A stretch of 64,000 bases of DNA from the human T2T-CHM13v2.0 reference genome, Homo sapiens (GCF_009914755.1 NC_060933.1); one strand, 5' to 3'. Positions 1-14,517 are shown, counted from the stretch's first letter. Notes: a model not told the origin generated them from the sequence alone. Numbers and translations: made by a program.

Positions 1-2720
1 ATAGCTACCATATTTTCTTTATCTAGTCTGCAGTTGAGGGACACCTAGGTTGATTCTACATCTTTGCTATTGCAAATAGAGCTGTGAAAAACATACAGGG
101 GCATGTGTCTTTTTGGTAGAACAATTTATTTTCCTTTCAGTATATACCCAGTAATGGGATTGCTGGGTCAAATGGTAATTCTCTTTTTAGTTCTTTGAGA
201 AATCTCCAAACTGCTTTCCACAGGAGGTGAACTAATTTACATTCCCTTCCAGCACTGTAAAAATGGTCTCCTTTCTTCACAACTTCATCAACATCTGTTA
301 TTTTTTGACTTTTTGATAACAGCCATTCTACTGATGTGAAATGGTATCTCACTGTGGTTTTGGTTTGCATCTCTCTGATGATTAGCGGTCTTGAGCATTT
401 TTTTATGTGTTTGGCCACTTGTACACCTTCTTTTGAGAAGTGTCAGTTTATGTCCTCTGCCTATTTTTAAGAGGGATTATTTATGTATTTTTTCTTGTTG
501 ATTTAAGTTCCTTATAGATTTTGAATATTAATTCTTTGTCAGATGCATAGTTTGCAAATATTTTCTCCCATTCTATAGATTGTCTGTTTACTCTGTCTTT
601 TGCTGTGCAGAAACTCTTTAGTTTAATTAAGTAACATTTGTCCATTTTTTTTATTTTGTTGCATTTGCTTTCGGAGTCCGCAACATAAATTTTTTGCTTA
701 GGCTGATGTCTAAGAGTATTTTCTAATTTTCTTCTAGGATTTTTATAGTTTAAGGTGTTACATGTAACTCTTTAATCCAATTGAGTTAATGTTTGTATAT
801 GGTGAGAGATAGGGGTCCAGTTTTATTGTTCTGAATATGGTTAGCAAGTTTTCCCAGCACCATTTGTCGAAAAGGGTATCCTTTACCCATTGTTTATTTT
901 TGTTGAAATTGTTGAAGATCAGTTGGTTGTAGAAATGCAGCTTTATCTGAGGGGTCTGTATTTTGTTCCATTCATCTCTGTGTCTATTTTTGTACCAGTA
1001 GCATGCATTTTGGTTACTGTAGCTTTGTCGCATAGTTTGAAGTCAGGTAATGTGATGCCTCTGGCTTTACTCTTTTTGCTTAGGATTTCTTTGGCTATTC
1101 CAGCTTTTTGTTGTTGTTGTTGTTGTTGTTGTTCCATATGAATTCTAGAATGGTTTTTCTAATTCTGTGATAAATGGCATTGGTAATTTGATAGGAATAG
1201 CATTGAATCTGTAGATTACTTTGGGCACTATGGACATTTAAATAATACTGATTCTTTCAATCCATGAGCATGGAATTTTTTTTTTCATTTGGTTGTGTTG
1301 TCTATGATTTCTTTCAGAAGTGTTTTGTCATTTTTTTTGTACAGATTTTTTACCTTCTTGGTTAGATATATTATTAAGTATTTTATTTTTGTGTGTCTGG
1401 CTATTGTAAATTGGATTGAATTCTTAATTTGTTTATCAGCTTGAGTGTTATTGATGTATAGAAATGCTACTGATTTTCGTATGCTGATTTTGTATTCTGA
1501 GACTTTGCTGAAGTTGTTTATTAGTCTAGGAGTCTTTTGGCAGAGTCTTTAGGGCTTTCTAGCTATAGAATCATCAGCAAAGAGAGATAATTTGACTTCC
1601 TCTTTTTTTCCTACTTGGATGCCTTTTATTTCTTTCTTTTGCCTGATGCTCTGTCTCAGATTTCCAGTTCTATGTTGAATAAGAGTAGTGAGAGAGAGCA
1701 TCCTTGTCTTAGTCCAGTACTTAGCAGGAATGCTCCAGCTCTTGCCCATTCAGTACGATGTTGGCTGTGGGTTTGTCATAAATAGCTGTTACTATTTTGA
1801 AGTATGTTTCTTTAATGCCTAGATTATTGAGGGTTTTTTTTTTATCATAAAGCAATGTTGGATTTCATCAAGTGCTTTTTCTGCATCTATTGAAATGATC
1901 ATATGCTTTTTGTTTTTAATTCTGTGTATGGGGTGAATCACATGTATTGATTTGCATATGTTGAACCATCCTTGCATCCTAGGAATAAAGCTAATTTGAT
2001 CATGATGAATTAACTTTTTTTATGTGCTGCTCAATTCAGTTTGCTAGTATTTTGTTAAGGATTTTTGCATTTACATTTATCAGGGATATTGGACTGAAGT
2101 TTTCTTTTTTATTGTGTTTTTGTCAGATTCTGGAATCAGGATGATATTGGTTTAGTAGAATGAGTTAGGGAAGAGTCCTTTCTCCTTGATTTTTTGGAAT
2201 AGTTCCAGAAAAGTTGGTACCAGGTCTTCTTCGTATATTGGGTGGAATTTGGCTATGAATCTGTCCGGTGCAAGACTTTTTTTGGTTATTAGGTTTTTTA
2301 TTAGTGATTCAACTTCATTGCACATTATTGGTCTGTTCGGGATTTCTGGTTCTTTTTGGTTCAATCTTGGGAAGTTTAGAATTTATCCAGTTCCTCTAGA
2401 TTTTTTAGTTTGTGTGCACAGTCATGTTCATAGTAGTCTCTGAGGATCTTTTGTATTTCTGTGGTATCAGTTGTGATGCAACCTTTTGTCATTTCTGATT
2501 CAGTTTATTTGGATCCTCTCTTTTTTTCTTTTTAAATCTAGCTGACAGTCTATCAATCTTTTTTATCCTTTCAAAGAAAAATCTTTTCATTTAGTTGATC
2601 CACTGTATGCTTTTAGTGTTTTAGTTTTATTTTGTTCTGCTCTGATTTTAGTTATTTTCTTTTTTTTGTTGGCTTTGAGTTTAGTTTGCTCTTGTTTTTC
2701 TAGTTCTTTTAGGTGCTAGA
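1..2720 (-). mobile_element. Degenerate L1 (L1PA16/17-L1PB-like), 3' half of ORF2, continuing beyond the window start
   Basis: Minus-strand ORFs give L1 ORF2 peptides (137..418 [12 protein letters not shown]...[12 protein letters not shown]; 943..1137 GITLPDFKL; 2152..2364 NRPIMCNEVESLIKNL), with many stops and frameshifts; (TTG)n at ~1108-1132. Confidence 0.93.
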
Positions 2721-2724
2721 TTAG

Positions 2725-2795
2725 TGCCTCACACCTGTAATCATGGCACTTTGAAAGACTGTCATGAGAGGATCACTTGAAGCCAGAAGTCAAAG
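2725..2795 (+). mobile_element. Short diverged Alu-left-arm/FLAM-like fragment
   Basis: ctcacacctgtaatcatggcactttgaaagactg...ggatcacttgaagccagaagtc resembles the Alu/FLAM 5' end. Confidence 0.6.
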
Positions 2796-3395
2796 AAGAA
2801 TCACATTTTTAATTGGCAAAAATTTTATTTTCCAAGAAAAGACAAAGAAAATTACTAGTAAAAACTGTTGAAGAGAGAAAGCAAGATATACATAATAATT
2901 GACAAAAAAAATTGATTTTGTAAACTAAAGTTTTAGTAATATGGCTACAGTGTTCCTTTTATGCCATGCCCCAAACAATTTTTATTCTAAATATAAAGTG
3001 TGTCTATGTTTAACACCAATGATCTGTTAGATAATAATAATGTTGAGCTATACAAGACTACTGGAATTTTTCAAGAAAATTTTGTGTCATCCCAGTTGGT
3101 TTTGCTTCTGAGGTCAAGGGCAATATCTCATTTCCTATTACTGATAACTGAAGTGGAACATTCCTTACATTTTTAAATAAATCATTTAATAAATAAGTAT
3201 AATGATTATTATTCTGGGTCCCAGGCTAATTTGTATTCTGGTCCTACTAAAGAATAATTTTGTCTTCCATCATGATAACTAAGAAATGTTTCAGGAATTA
3301 CTCAGTAACAATTTTTGGAAAATGACTGTAGGACATCATAATCAGCCATTTGGGGTATTTTGAAAGCCTTTAGTTTTGTATTTTTCTGGGGAATT

Positions 3396-3428
3396 TGTGT
3401 GTGTGTGTGTGTGTGTGTGCATGTGTGC
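3396..3428. repeat. (TG)n microsatellite
   Basis: Direct reading. Confidence 0.95.
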
Positions 3429-5488
3429 AAGTGCATACTTGCTTTACATGGCAACTAACACATAGTAAATGCTAAATAATTAATTTATTTTAAAAAATAG
3501 TTCTTTTCAGTTTCTGTCCTCTAAATATCTAAGGCTATCAAAAGCATTGCTTTTCTTAGATTCTCAGCCTGGAATCAGCTTGGAATCAGAAAACTCCTTC
3601 AAGGGAAAAGTGATCCTTAAAGACAGACTTATCTCTGTCTCATTTTTGTCTTCTATATATTTCTCTCTGACTAGCTTTCAAATGTGTTCTAAGTAGACGT
3701 ATAAAATTTATATATTTTTTAGTTTTTCTGAAAAGATTGATCCCAATACCAGAAGCAGTGTTACTGAGATTTAGAACATATCCGCTTGTTGAAAGACCCA
3801 CAGCTAGAGAAACATGTTTAGAGCAATGATTTTAGTTGGACATCAGAAACCCATTGTCCTCTGCAAGTTTTCCTGATTGGTTAGCCCATTGGGCACAACA
3901 GGCTTCTCAGATCCCAGCAGTCCTCACACTAGCCAGACTTCCCTAGCTGGACGCACAGGACCCAGCTGATGCCCATCAATCTGATTTACATGATCTGATT
4001 AGTTCTTCAATTACATAAGCCTTTATTCAGTTATGATTTAAATGCATTTAGAATAATGATCCTATTTTAATATTTTACAGAAAACCCCAAAGTACACTTA
4101 TATACCATAGAATTTTAACATTGTGAAATGGCACAGTTAGTTATCTAATGTAAGCCTTTGCCTAACTAAAAACTTTACTGGAAACCTTCCAACATGTATT
4201 TACTACCAGTGACTATTTCAGTAAAGCACTCTACCACTATCCAGAGGAACTGCATACTAGTCCCACTAGCATTGAATTCTTGGATGATGTCCATCTTTAC
4301 TCTGTTTTGGAAATGCCTCCTGAGATCTATAAGAATGATGTTGTCAAAAAATAATGTAAGATCTATGAAAGAAAGAGTTAAGGTTGATAAGTCTGGGGCT
4401 AAAAAGCCAAGTATCCCATATGGAATAGGGCCCAGCAAGTAGGAATGTGGGGAGGGAGAGTGGATACAGCAGAGAAAGTAAAGGAATAAAATTGGCAAGG
4501 CTGAAGAATATATTACTAATAAGACACATTTCCTAGCAAATTTTGTAGTCTGAGTAGACTATAAATAATGTGTGATCACAGAAATTCTCAGAGTGAACCT
4601 ATTGCTTTTTAGTAGAAGTGTGGTGGGTTCGGGGGGAGGCTAAATTTCAAGTCAAATGATTCAGTTCTGCCACCAAGGATTAGTATGACCTTGGAAGAAC
4701 ACCCAGTCTCTCTGAGTTTTAACTTCCTTGGCTATATATTAAGGATTTAAATGATCTCCAAGATATTTCCAAGCACAAATATTTTATGATGTCATTCTCT
4801 TGAGTCCTTCTATGATGAGAAAGAGCACTCAAGGTAAAAGTCAGATGACTCCATGAAGATGTTAAAAGCAGAACTACCCTAAGCAAAAAGAAGTCAATCT
4901 ATGTGATGGGATTTAAGAGGAACACAAGACTGTACCTATGCTTTTGGACCTGCTGTAGTGATTTGCCTCCCTCCTGTATGAAAAAATCCTGCAGCATGGC
5001 AGCCTTTCTCTTGGTGTTGACAAGATAGAAGCAGCATTTTTAAGAGACCACTTTGGTTGTAAAGCTTATTTATCAAAGACATTTGTCCTTCTTTTTGATC
5101 ACTGATATTTATATGCTATCAACTTTTATTTTTTGGTACTCCTTGATTATTCTTTCTAATTATTTAATATACATTCCTATGGGATCTTCCCTGGGTTATT
5201 TGTGTTTAACTTGTATTTATGACTTTGCTTTTGAAGGGACATTTGGGTATTTCATGAGGTAGTAATAAATTGTTTTAGAATCTTATTTAACACTTGACAG
5301 GGAGGACTTAAGTCTTCATCATAAGTCACTCTTCAATATAATGCATTAATAAATGAGACATAAATATAAGTTGATGGAAAAAATAGATATTTTTTCATAA
5401 GTAAATTAACAATCTCTAATAACTTTATTAGCATTAGGTGAGTTGATTAATTTTATCTTATTTAAAAATTTCCCATTTTGAATAGTAA

Positions 5489-5837
<349 letters not shown>

Positions 5838-6317
5838 TCTGTCCTTCTTATATTATGTCATTCCCAGATTATCTTGGTTGGTTGCTCCTTTTCAGACCTC
5901 CCCTTCTAATTAGTACAGATTTATGCAGACAACGGAGACAAAGCTGGGCATTGCAATGTTCATTGATAACCTGAGGAGTGAGGACGTGGAGGGAAGAGGC
6001 CCAAAAGCAGGAACCACACATCCCAAGATAATGGTGTTTTTAAACATATTTTCTAAAGCAATAGATAACAGCATAAATTGTCAAACCAAATAATGTGTAA
6101 TTTAATAATGTATAGATATATTAATGTGAATTCTTACAAGGGTATTAAACTTATTTCAGATTTAAAAAATCAGCTAAATTGTTAAAAAAAAGTCAATAAT
6201 AAAACTAATCTGGAAAGTCTAGAATGCCCTATTCCCATTTCTAAGAGTTAATGAGTGTAGGATTACTAGAGAGATATCAAAATGAGGGTGAGGCTATTCA
6301 ATGTGTGAAGAGGTTGC

Positions 6318-6482
6318 CACCACTTATTACCTATAGTTTAGTCTCTCTGTGCCTCAGTTAACACTTTTATGAAATGGAATTAATAATAATATCTAACTTT
6401 ATAAGGAAATTATAAGATTTGATCAATCCATGTAATGCTTTTAAAATAGTGTCTAGCACATGGATTTATTAAATGCTAGCCA
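6318..6482 (+). mobile_element. MIR fragment
   Basis: MIR core ctctctgtgcctcagtt...aaatggaattaataataat...tagtgtctagcacat. Confidence 0.75.
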
Positions 6483-6574
6483 GTATGGTTGCCCTTGTTG
6501 TAGTTATACGCATCATTATCATATCAGTAAAGAACTGAAGAACATACTCTCTACTTGAGAAATTTAGTGTATGC

Positions 6575-7070
6575 TATTTTTATTATGGTCTTAGGAGTAA
6601 AAAAGATGACACATTCAAATAGGTTTATTGAGAAGAGTTTGATAGAGGGAAAATTTACAAAGTTAGGTAGAACGTATTTTTAAAAAATCAACAGAAGATG
6701 GTAGAGTACCCCACGGCTACCAACATTAGGAAAACTTTGTCAAAAAGGAGCAAGAGGAGGGAGTGGTTACTGGAACCCAGAATATGTATCTATAAAAAAG
6801 AACGAGGCAATTGTCTGTCAGGAGCTATGATTTTCAGTAGAGCAATGGAGCTAAGCCTTGACAACCTGACAAGGAGAAATTCAGAGAAGGAAAAACCATG
6901 ATCCTGCACTTACCCATTCTCCAAATACTTGTAGGTGCTTCTCAACAGCCATATCCAAATGGACCCTAAAGGACAAGTGGGTCCTTTCATGCTGTCTATA
7001 AAGATTAGCCTCTTGAGCACAAGGAAAGTGGAGAAGGATAGAAAAACAAATGGGAACTGCCCAGAAGAGC
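6575..7070 (-). mobile_element. Old MaLR LTR (MLT1J/K/L-like), highly diverged
   Basis: Similarity to the MLT1 terminal motif (...agattagcctcttgagcacaaggaaagtggagaaggatagaaa...). Confidence 0.45.
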
Positions 7071-7171
7071 TGACCAGACAAAAGGAAATGAAAGTAAATA
7101 TCAAGGCCATTTTCAAGGACTTTATTCTTCCTCAGAACATGGATTAAGTCTGGGTAGAAAATAAAACTGTT

Positions 7172-7480
7172 GACCAGGCATGGTGGTTCATGCCTATAAT
7201 CACAGCACTTTGGGAGGACAAAAATTAGCTGGGCATGATAGCATGCACCTATAATCCCAGCTACTCAGGAGGCTGAAGTGGGAGGATTGCTTGAGCCCAG
7301 GGGCAGGAGGTTCAGCTGCAGTGAACTGCGATTGTGCCACTGCTTTTCAGTGTGGGTGACAGAGCAAGAACCTGTCTCACACACCCAAAAAAAAAAAAAA
7401 AAAGAAAGAAAGAAAGGGAAGAGAAGGGAGAAAAAAAGAAAAGAAAAATAAGAAAAAAGAAAAGAAAAGAAAACAAAGGA
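7172..7480 (+). mobile_element. AluJ-like element with internal deletion of most of the left arm, followed by an A/GAAAA-rich tail
   Basis: Alu 5' end to ...ctttgggagg (7217) joined directly to acaaaaattagctggg; J-type right arm ggaggattgcttgagcccagg. Confidence 0.88.
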
Positions 7481-8544
7481 AGACTGATATACCAAGGATG
7501 GCTGAGAAAACAGATCCCGAGTTCTTTTCTGCCCCAAAAGTATAAGAAAAAGTCTTTTCTAATAGTATTAAGTAAAATTTTATTAATCGAAAACTTAATC
7601 CATTTTAAAGCATATATTCTGGGCAAGGCTTTATATTTACATTCCAAAATTCATCTTTTGAGCATAGTAGTTTATTTCTATTAAAATTTTAATACCTCTG
7701 AATGGACAATCTATTTAACCAAGTTTTAATATTTTATATTTCCACATGAAAGAAAAGTTTGAAGTCATGTCAAGGATTAAAAGAGAGGAAAGTGGTATCT
7801 GGCCTCAGGAAAGAGCACAAAAAGGTAAGCATAGAAAGTCACCTTGCATACTTCATGGTTTCCATAGGTCAGTTTATTTCTTCTCTCATAAAACAATAAA
7901 CAAATAAACAAGAACTCTTTAGTAGTTTACATTTACTATAAGTTAGGTAATATATGACATGAAAAAAACAGCGCCATGCCATTGAGTTACTCCCAAGTAG
8001 ACCAATGGCAGAGCTAGAATAGTCTCTCAAGCAAGAGTTCTGAAGAGCACGGCCCTTACATGTTTGTATTGATACCTTTCTTCTCATTTCTTGAATACAA
8101 TTTTCTAGAGTATATCTATCATATTTTTTCTAAGACAAACATATGTCTGTGTATCTACAATTTTTTCTGATGCATAAGTTGTTTAGTTATACTTTCATTT
8201 GTATTGATAGTCTCTTGTTCCTTTTGGGTTTAGGTTTTTTTTCTTATTCATCTTGCTTTTAATTTACTTAATTTATGTGCATTACTTAATTAATAATATC
8301 AACACTTAAGGCTCGGAATCTGTCTCTGAGCCTCTTCATTGGGCAAATCTCAAGAGTATATAAATAGGACATTCATTATTGCAATTTCTAAAGTTGTTGA
8401 GCTTTACATTTTTATTTTCAATTAGACAAACATGGATATTTTTATCTTCATAGTAGTTGAATTCTTTTCAAAATGTATTTTTCAACTAGTTGGTAGTTGT
8501 ATTACATTGTAGTCATAAAATGATATCAATATAATGGCTGTTTT

Positions 8545-8668
8545 CTAGTGGACATATATCTGGTCCCAGGATTTCTCTAGACTCTTAAAAATTATTGAGA
8601 ATCATAAAGAGCTTTTATTTGCATGGGTTACTATTTATCAATACTTTCTGGATTAGAAGTTAAAACTC
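8545..8668. mobile_element. hAT-Charlie1-like DNA transposon fragment
   Basis: ggtcccaggatttctctagactcttaaaaattattgagaatcataaagagcttttatttg matches the remembered Charlie1a end. Confidence 0.55.
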
Positions 8669-10437
8669 TGATAAATGACTTCAACAAAGTTTCAGGATAC
8701 AAAATCAATATCGCTAAATCAGTAATATTTCTACATATTAATAATGTTCAAACTGAAAGCAAAATCAAGAACACAACCCAATTGCAATGGCTACGTAGGA
8801 ATACATCTAACAAAGGAGGTGAAAGAGCTTTATAAGAAAAACTACAAAGCACTGCTGAATGAAATCATAGATGAAACAAGTAAATGGAAAAACATTCCAT
8901 GCTCATGTATTGGAAGAATCAATATTGTTAAAATGTCCATTCTCCCCAAAGCAATCTACAGATTCAATGCTATTCCTATCAAACTACCAATGTCATTTTT
9001 CAAAGAACTAAAAAAAACTAGTCTAAAGTTTGTATCAAACCAAAAAAGAGCCTGAATAACCAAAGCAATTCTAAACCAAAAGAACAAAGCTGGAAACATC
9101 ACATTACCCAACTTTGAACTATACAGTAAGGCTACAATAACCAAAACAGTATGGTACTGGTACAAAAACAGACATATGGACCAATGGAAAAGAACGGAGA
9201 ACCCAGAAATAAAGCCACATACCCACAGCCATCTAATTTTTTAACAAAGTGGAAGAAAAAATAAACAATAGGAAAAGGACTCCTTATTCAATAAATAGTG
9301 TTGGGATAGCTGGCTAGCCATATGTATAAGAATGAAATAGGACCTCTACCTTTCACCGTATAAAGAAATTAACTCAATATGGATTAAAAATTTAAATATA
9401 AAGTCTCAAACTATAAAAATCCTACAAGAAAGCCTAGGAAACACCATTCCAAACATCAGCCTTGAGAAAGAATTTATAACTAAGTCCTCAAAAGCAATTA
9501 CAACAAAAACAAAAATTAACAAGTGGGACCTAATTAAACTAAAGAACTTCTGCACAGCAAAACAAACTATCGACAAATTAGACAACCTACAGAATGAGAG
9601 AAAATATTTTCAAACTACACATCTGACAAAGGTCTAATATCCAGAATCTATAAGGAACTTAAGTAACTGAACAGGCAAAAAACAACCCCACTAATAAATG
9701 GGCAAAGTCATGAACAGACACTTCTCAAAAGAAGACATATGAGCAGCCAACAAACATATGAAAAAAACGTTCAACACCACTAATCATCAGAGAGATATCA
9801 AAACCACAATGAAATATCATCTCACACTAGTCAGGATGGCTATTATTAAAAAGTCAAAAAAAAAAAAACCCACAAAAGATGTTGGCAAAGCTGTGGAGAA
9901 AAATAAACACTTATATACTGTTGTCAGAATGTAAATTAGTTCAGCCCCTGTGGAAATGAGTTTGGAGACTCCTCAAAGAACTTAGAACTACCACTCAACC
10001 CACCAATCCCATAACTGAGTATATACACAAAAGAAAACAAACCTTGCTACCAAAAAACACACACACACTCGCACGTTCATTGCAGCACTATTCGCAATAG
10101 TAAATACATGAAATCAACCTAGGTGACCATCAATGGTGGATTGGATAAAGAAAATGTGGTACATATACATCATGGAATACTATGAGCAATACTAAGAACA
10201 AAGAATGAAATCATCTTCTTTGCAGCAGCATGGATGCAGCTGGAGGCTGTTATCTAAAGCAAATTAACACAGAAAGAAAACCAAATACCACATGTTCTCA
10301 TTTATGAGTGGAAGCTAAACATTTGGTACTCATGGAGATAAAGATGGCAACAATAGACACAGAAACTACTGGTGGAGTTGGCAAAGGTTGAAAAACTAAT
10401 TATTGAGTACTATGCTCAGTACCTGGATGACAGGATA
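8668..10437 (+). mobile_element. 5'-truncated L1 (L1PA16/17-L1PB4-like), ORF2 3' end plus partial 3'UTR, no poly(A)
   Basis: ORF 8744..9055 [36 protein letters not shown]; the 3'UTR breaks off after cagtacctggatgacagg. Confidence 0.93.
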
Positions 10438-11443
10438 TCATAGTTCTAGAATGTAGTTCTGGTGTAGGATTGCTAGAGAGATATGAAAATGATGGTTAGG
10501 ATATTCAAAGTGTGAAGAGGTTGCTGCCATGTACTAGCTATTGCTTCATCGCTCTGTGCCTCAGTTTACCCTTTTATAAAATGGTATTAATAATAATACC
10601 TGGGATTCCTGGGCAAGATGGCTGAACAGGAAGAGCTCTGGTCTGCAGCTCCCAGCGAGATCAATGCAGAAGGCAGGTGATTTCTGCATTTCCAACTGAG
10701 GTACCCAAATCATATAACTGGGACTGGTTAGACAATGGGTGCAGCCCACAGAGGGCAAGCCAAAGCAGGGTGGGGCATCACCTCACCCAGGAAGCACAAG
10801 GGGTCAGGGAACTCCCTCCCCTAGCCAAGGGAAGCCTTGAGGGACTGTGCCATGAGGAATGGTGCATTCTGGCCCAGATACTACGCTTTTCCCATGGTTT
10901 TCCTAACTCACAGACAAGGAGATTCCCTTGGGTGACTACACCACAAGGGCCCAGGGTTTCAAGCACAAAAAACTGGGCAGCCATTTGGGTAGACACTGAG
11001 CTAGCTGCAGGAGTTTTTTGTTTTTTTTTTTTTTTTTTTTTATTCCAGTGGTGCCTGGAATGCCAGCAAGACAGAACTGTTCAATCCCCTGGAAAGGGGA
11101 CTGAAGCCAGGAAGCCAAGTGGTCTTGCTCAGCAGATCCCACCCCTACAAAGCCCAGCAAGCTAAGATCCACTGGCTTGAAATTCCTGCTGCCAGCACAG
11201 CAGTCTGAAGTCAACCTGGGACGCTAGAGCTTGGTGGGTGGAGGGGCGTCTGCCATAAATGAGGCTTGAGTAGGCGATTTTTCCCACACTGTGTAAACAA
11301 AGCCACTGGGAAGTTCGGACTGCATGGAGCCCACCACAGCTCAGCAAAGCCACTGTAGCCAGACTGCCTCTCTAGATTCCTCCTCTCTGGGCAGGGAGTC
11401 TCTGAAAGAAAGGCAGTAGCCCCAGTCAGGGGCTTATAGATAA

Positions 11444-11577
11444 GATTATTTGAAAATTCTTATGTATATGAAACCAACCTATCATATTGCACTTTGGTCT
11501 TTTTTCTGCTACTTTTTTTTCAAATGTGAGCCTAATACCAATAAATATTAAAATACAGCTATTTTATTAAAAAAAAA
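11444..11577 (+). other. Non-L1 AT-rich insertion with AATAAA and an A9 tail inside the L1 5'UTR (putative retrocopied mRNA 3' end)
   Basis: L1 5'UTR reads ggcttatagataa|...|tcccatctccttgggacagagc on either side; AATAAA at 11540-11545, A-run at 11569-11577. Confidence 0.7.
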
Positions 11578-13292
11578 TCCCATCTCCTTGGGACAGAGCA
11601 CCTGGGGGAAGGGGCAACTGTGGGTGCAGTTTCAGCAGACTTAAACTTTCTGGCCTGCCAGCTCTGACGAGAGCAGTGGATCTCCCAGCACAGCACTCAA
11701 GCTCTGCTAAGGGGCAAACTGGCTCCTCAAGTGGATCCCTGACCCTCATGCCTCCTGACTGGGAGACATCTCCCAGCAGGGGTCAACAGACATCTCATAC
11801 AGGAGAGCTCCAGCTGGCATCAGGAGGCTCCCCCTCTGGGACAAAGCTTCCAGAGGACAGAGCAGGCAGCAATCTTTGCTGTTCTGCAGCCTCTGCTGGT
11901 GATACCCAGGCAAACAGGGTCTGGAGTGGACCCCCAGCAAACTCCAGCAGAACTGCAGAAGAGGGGCCTGTTAGAAGAAAACTAACAAAGAGAAAGCAAT
12001 AGCTACAGCATCAACAAAAAGGACCACCATGCAAAACCTCCACCCAAGGGTCATCAACAGTAAAGACCAAAGGTAAATAAATCTACAAAGATGAGGAAAA
12101 AACAGCACAAAAAGGCTGAAAATTCCAAAAACCAGAATGCCTCTTCTCCTCCAAAGGATCACAACTCCTTGCCAGAAAAGGAACAAAACTGGACAGAGAA
12201 TGAGTTTGATGAATTGACAGAAGTAGGCTTCAGAAAGTGGGTAATAACAAACTCCTCTGAGCTAAAGGAGCATATTCTAACCTTATGCAAGGAGGCTAAG
12301 AACCTTGATAAAAGGTTAGAGGAATTGCTAACTAGAATAACCAGTTTAGAGAAGAACATAAATGACCCTATGGAGCTGAAAAACATAGCATGAGAACTTT
12401 GGGAAGCATATACATGTATCAGTAGCCAAATTGATCCAGTGGAGGAAAGGATATCAGAGATTGAAGATCGATTTAATGAAATAAAGTGTGAAGACAAGAT
12501 TAGAGAAAAAAAGTATGAAAAGAAATGAACAAAGCCTCCAAGAAATATGGAACTATGTGAAAAGACCAAACCTACATTTGATTGGTGTATCTGAAAGTGA
12601 CAGGGAGAATGGAATCAAGTTGGAAAACACACTTAAGATATTATCCAGGAGAACTTCCCCAACCTAGAAAGACAGGCCAACATTCAAATTCAGTAAATAC
12701 AGAGAACACCACAAAAATACTGCTTGAGAAGAGCACCCCCAAGACACATAATTGTCAGATTCACCAAGGTTGAAATGAAGGAAAAAATGTTAAGGGCAAT
12801 CAGAAAGAAAGGTTGGGTTACCCACAAAGGGAAGCCCATCAGATTAACAGCAGATCTCTCTGCAGAAACCCTACAAGCCAGAAGAGAGTGGGTGCCAATA
12901 TTCAACATTCTTAAAGAAAAGAATGTTCAACCCAGAATTTCATAGCCAGCCAAACTAAGCTTCATAAGTGAAGGAGAAATAAAATCCTTTACAGACAAGC
13001 AAATGCTGAGGGATTTTGTCAACACCAGGCCTGCCTTACACGAGCTCTTGAAGGAAGCACTAAATATGGAAAGGAAAAACTGGTACCAGCCACTGCTGGT
13101 ACCATCGACAAATCAAAATCTAAAGACTGTAACACTATGAAGAAACTGAATCAACTACCAGGCAAAATAACCAGCTAACATCATAACGACAGGATCAAAT
13201 TCACACATAAAAATATAAACCTTAAATGTAAATGGGCTAAATGCCTCAATTAAAAGGCACAGACTGGCAAATTGGATAAAGAGTCAAGACCA

Positions 13293-13747
<455 letters not shown>

Positions 13748-14517
13748 TTAAACCAACAAAGATAAAAAAGACAAAGAAGGGCATTACATAATGGTAAAGT
13801 GATCAATTCAACAAGAAGAGCTAACTATCCCAAATATATATGCACCCAATACAGGGGCACCCAGATTGATAAAGCAAGTCCTTAGAGAAATACAAAGCAA
13901 CTTAGACTCCCACACAATAATAATGGGAGACTTTAACACCCCACTGTCAATCAATATTAGACAGATCAATGAGACAGACAATTAACAAGGATATTCAGGA
14001 CTTGAAGTCAGCTCTGCACTAAGCAGACCTAATAGACATCTACAGAACTCTACACCCCAAATCAACAGAATATACATTCTAGTCAGCACCACATCGAACT
14101 TATTCTAAAATTGATCACTTAAGAAGTAAAAACCTCCTCAGCAGATGCAGAAGAACAGAAATCATAACAAACAGTCTCTCAGACCATAGTGCAATCAAAT
14201 TAGAACTCAGGATTAAGAAACCCACTCAAAACCGCACAATTACATGGAAACTGAACAACCTGCTCCTGAACGACTACTGGGTAAATAACGAAATAAAGGC
14301 AGAAATGAAGATGTCCTTTGAAACCAATGAGAACAAAGACACAACGTACCAGAATCTCCGGGACACATTTAAAGCAGTGTGTAGAGGGAAATTTATAGCA
14401 CTAAATGCCCACAAGAGAAAGCAGGAAAGATCTAAAATGGACACTCTAACATCACAATTAAAAGAACTAGAAAAGTAAGAGCAAACAAATTCAAAAGCTA
14501 GCAGAAGGCAAGAATAA

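Noticed and set aside
943-1137. Poly-glutamine ORF (MEQQQQ...)
   Set aside because: A (TTG)n microsatellite inside dead L1 ORF2.
4175-4498. 107-aa ORF in unique sequence
   Set aside because: Non-ATG start, no recognisable domain, no convincing splice context; consistent with chance.
7334-7684. Lys/Arg-rich 116-aa ORF
   Set aside because: Translation of the Alu A-rich tail.
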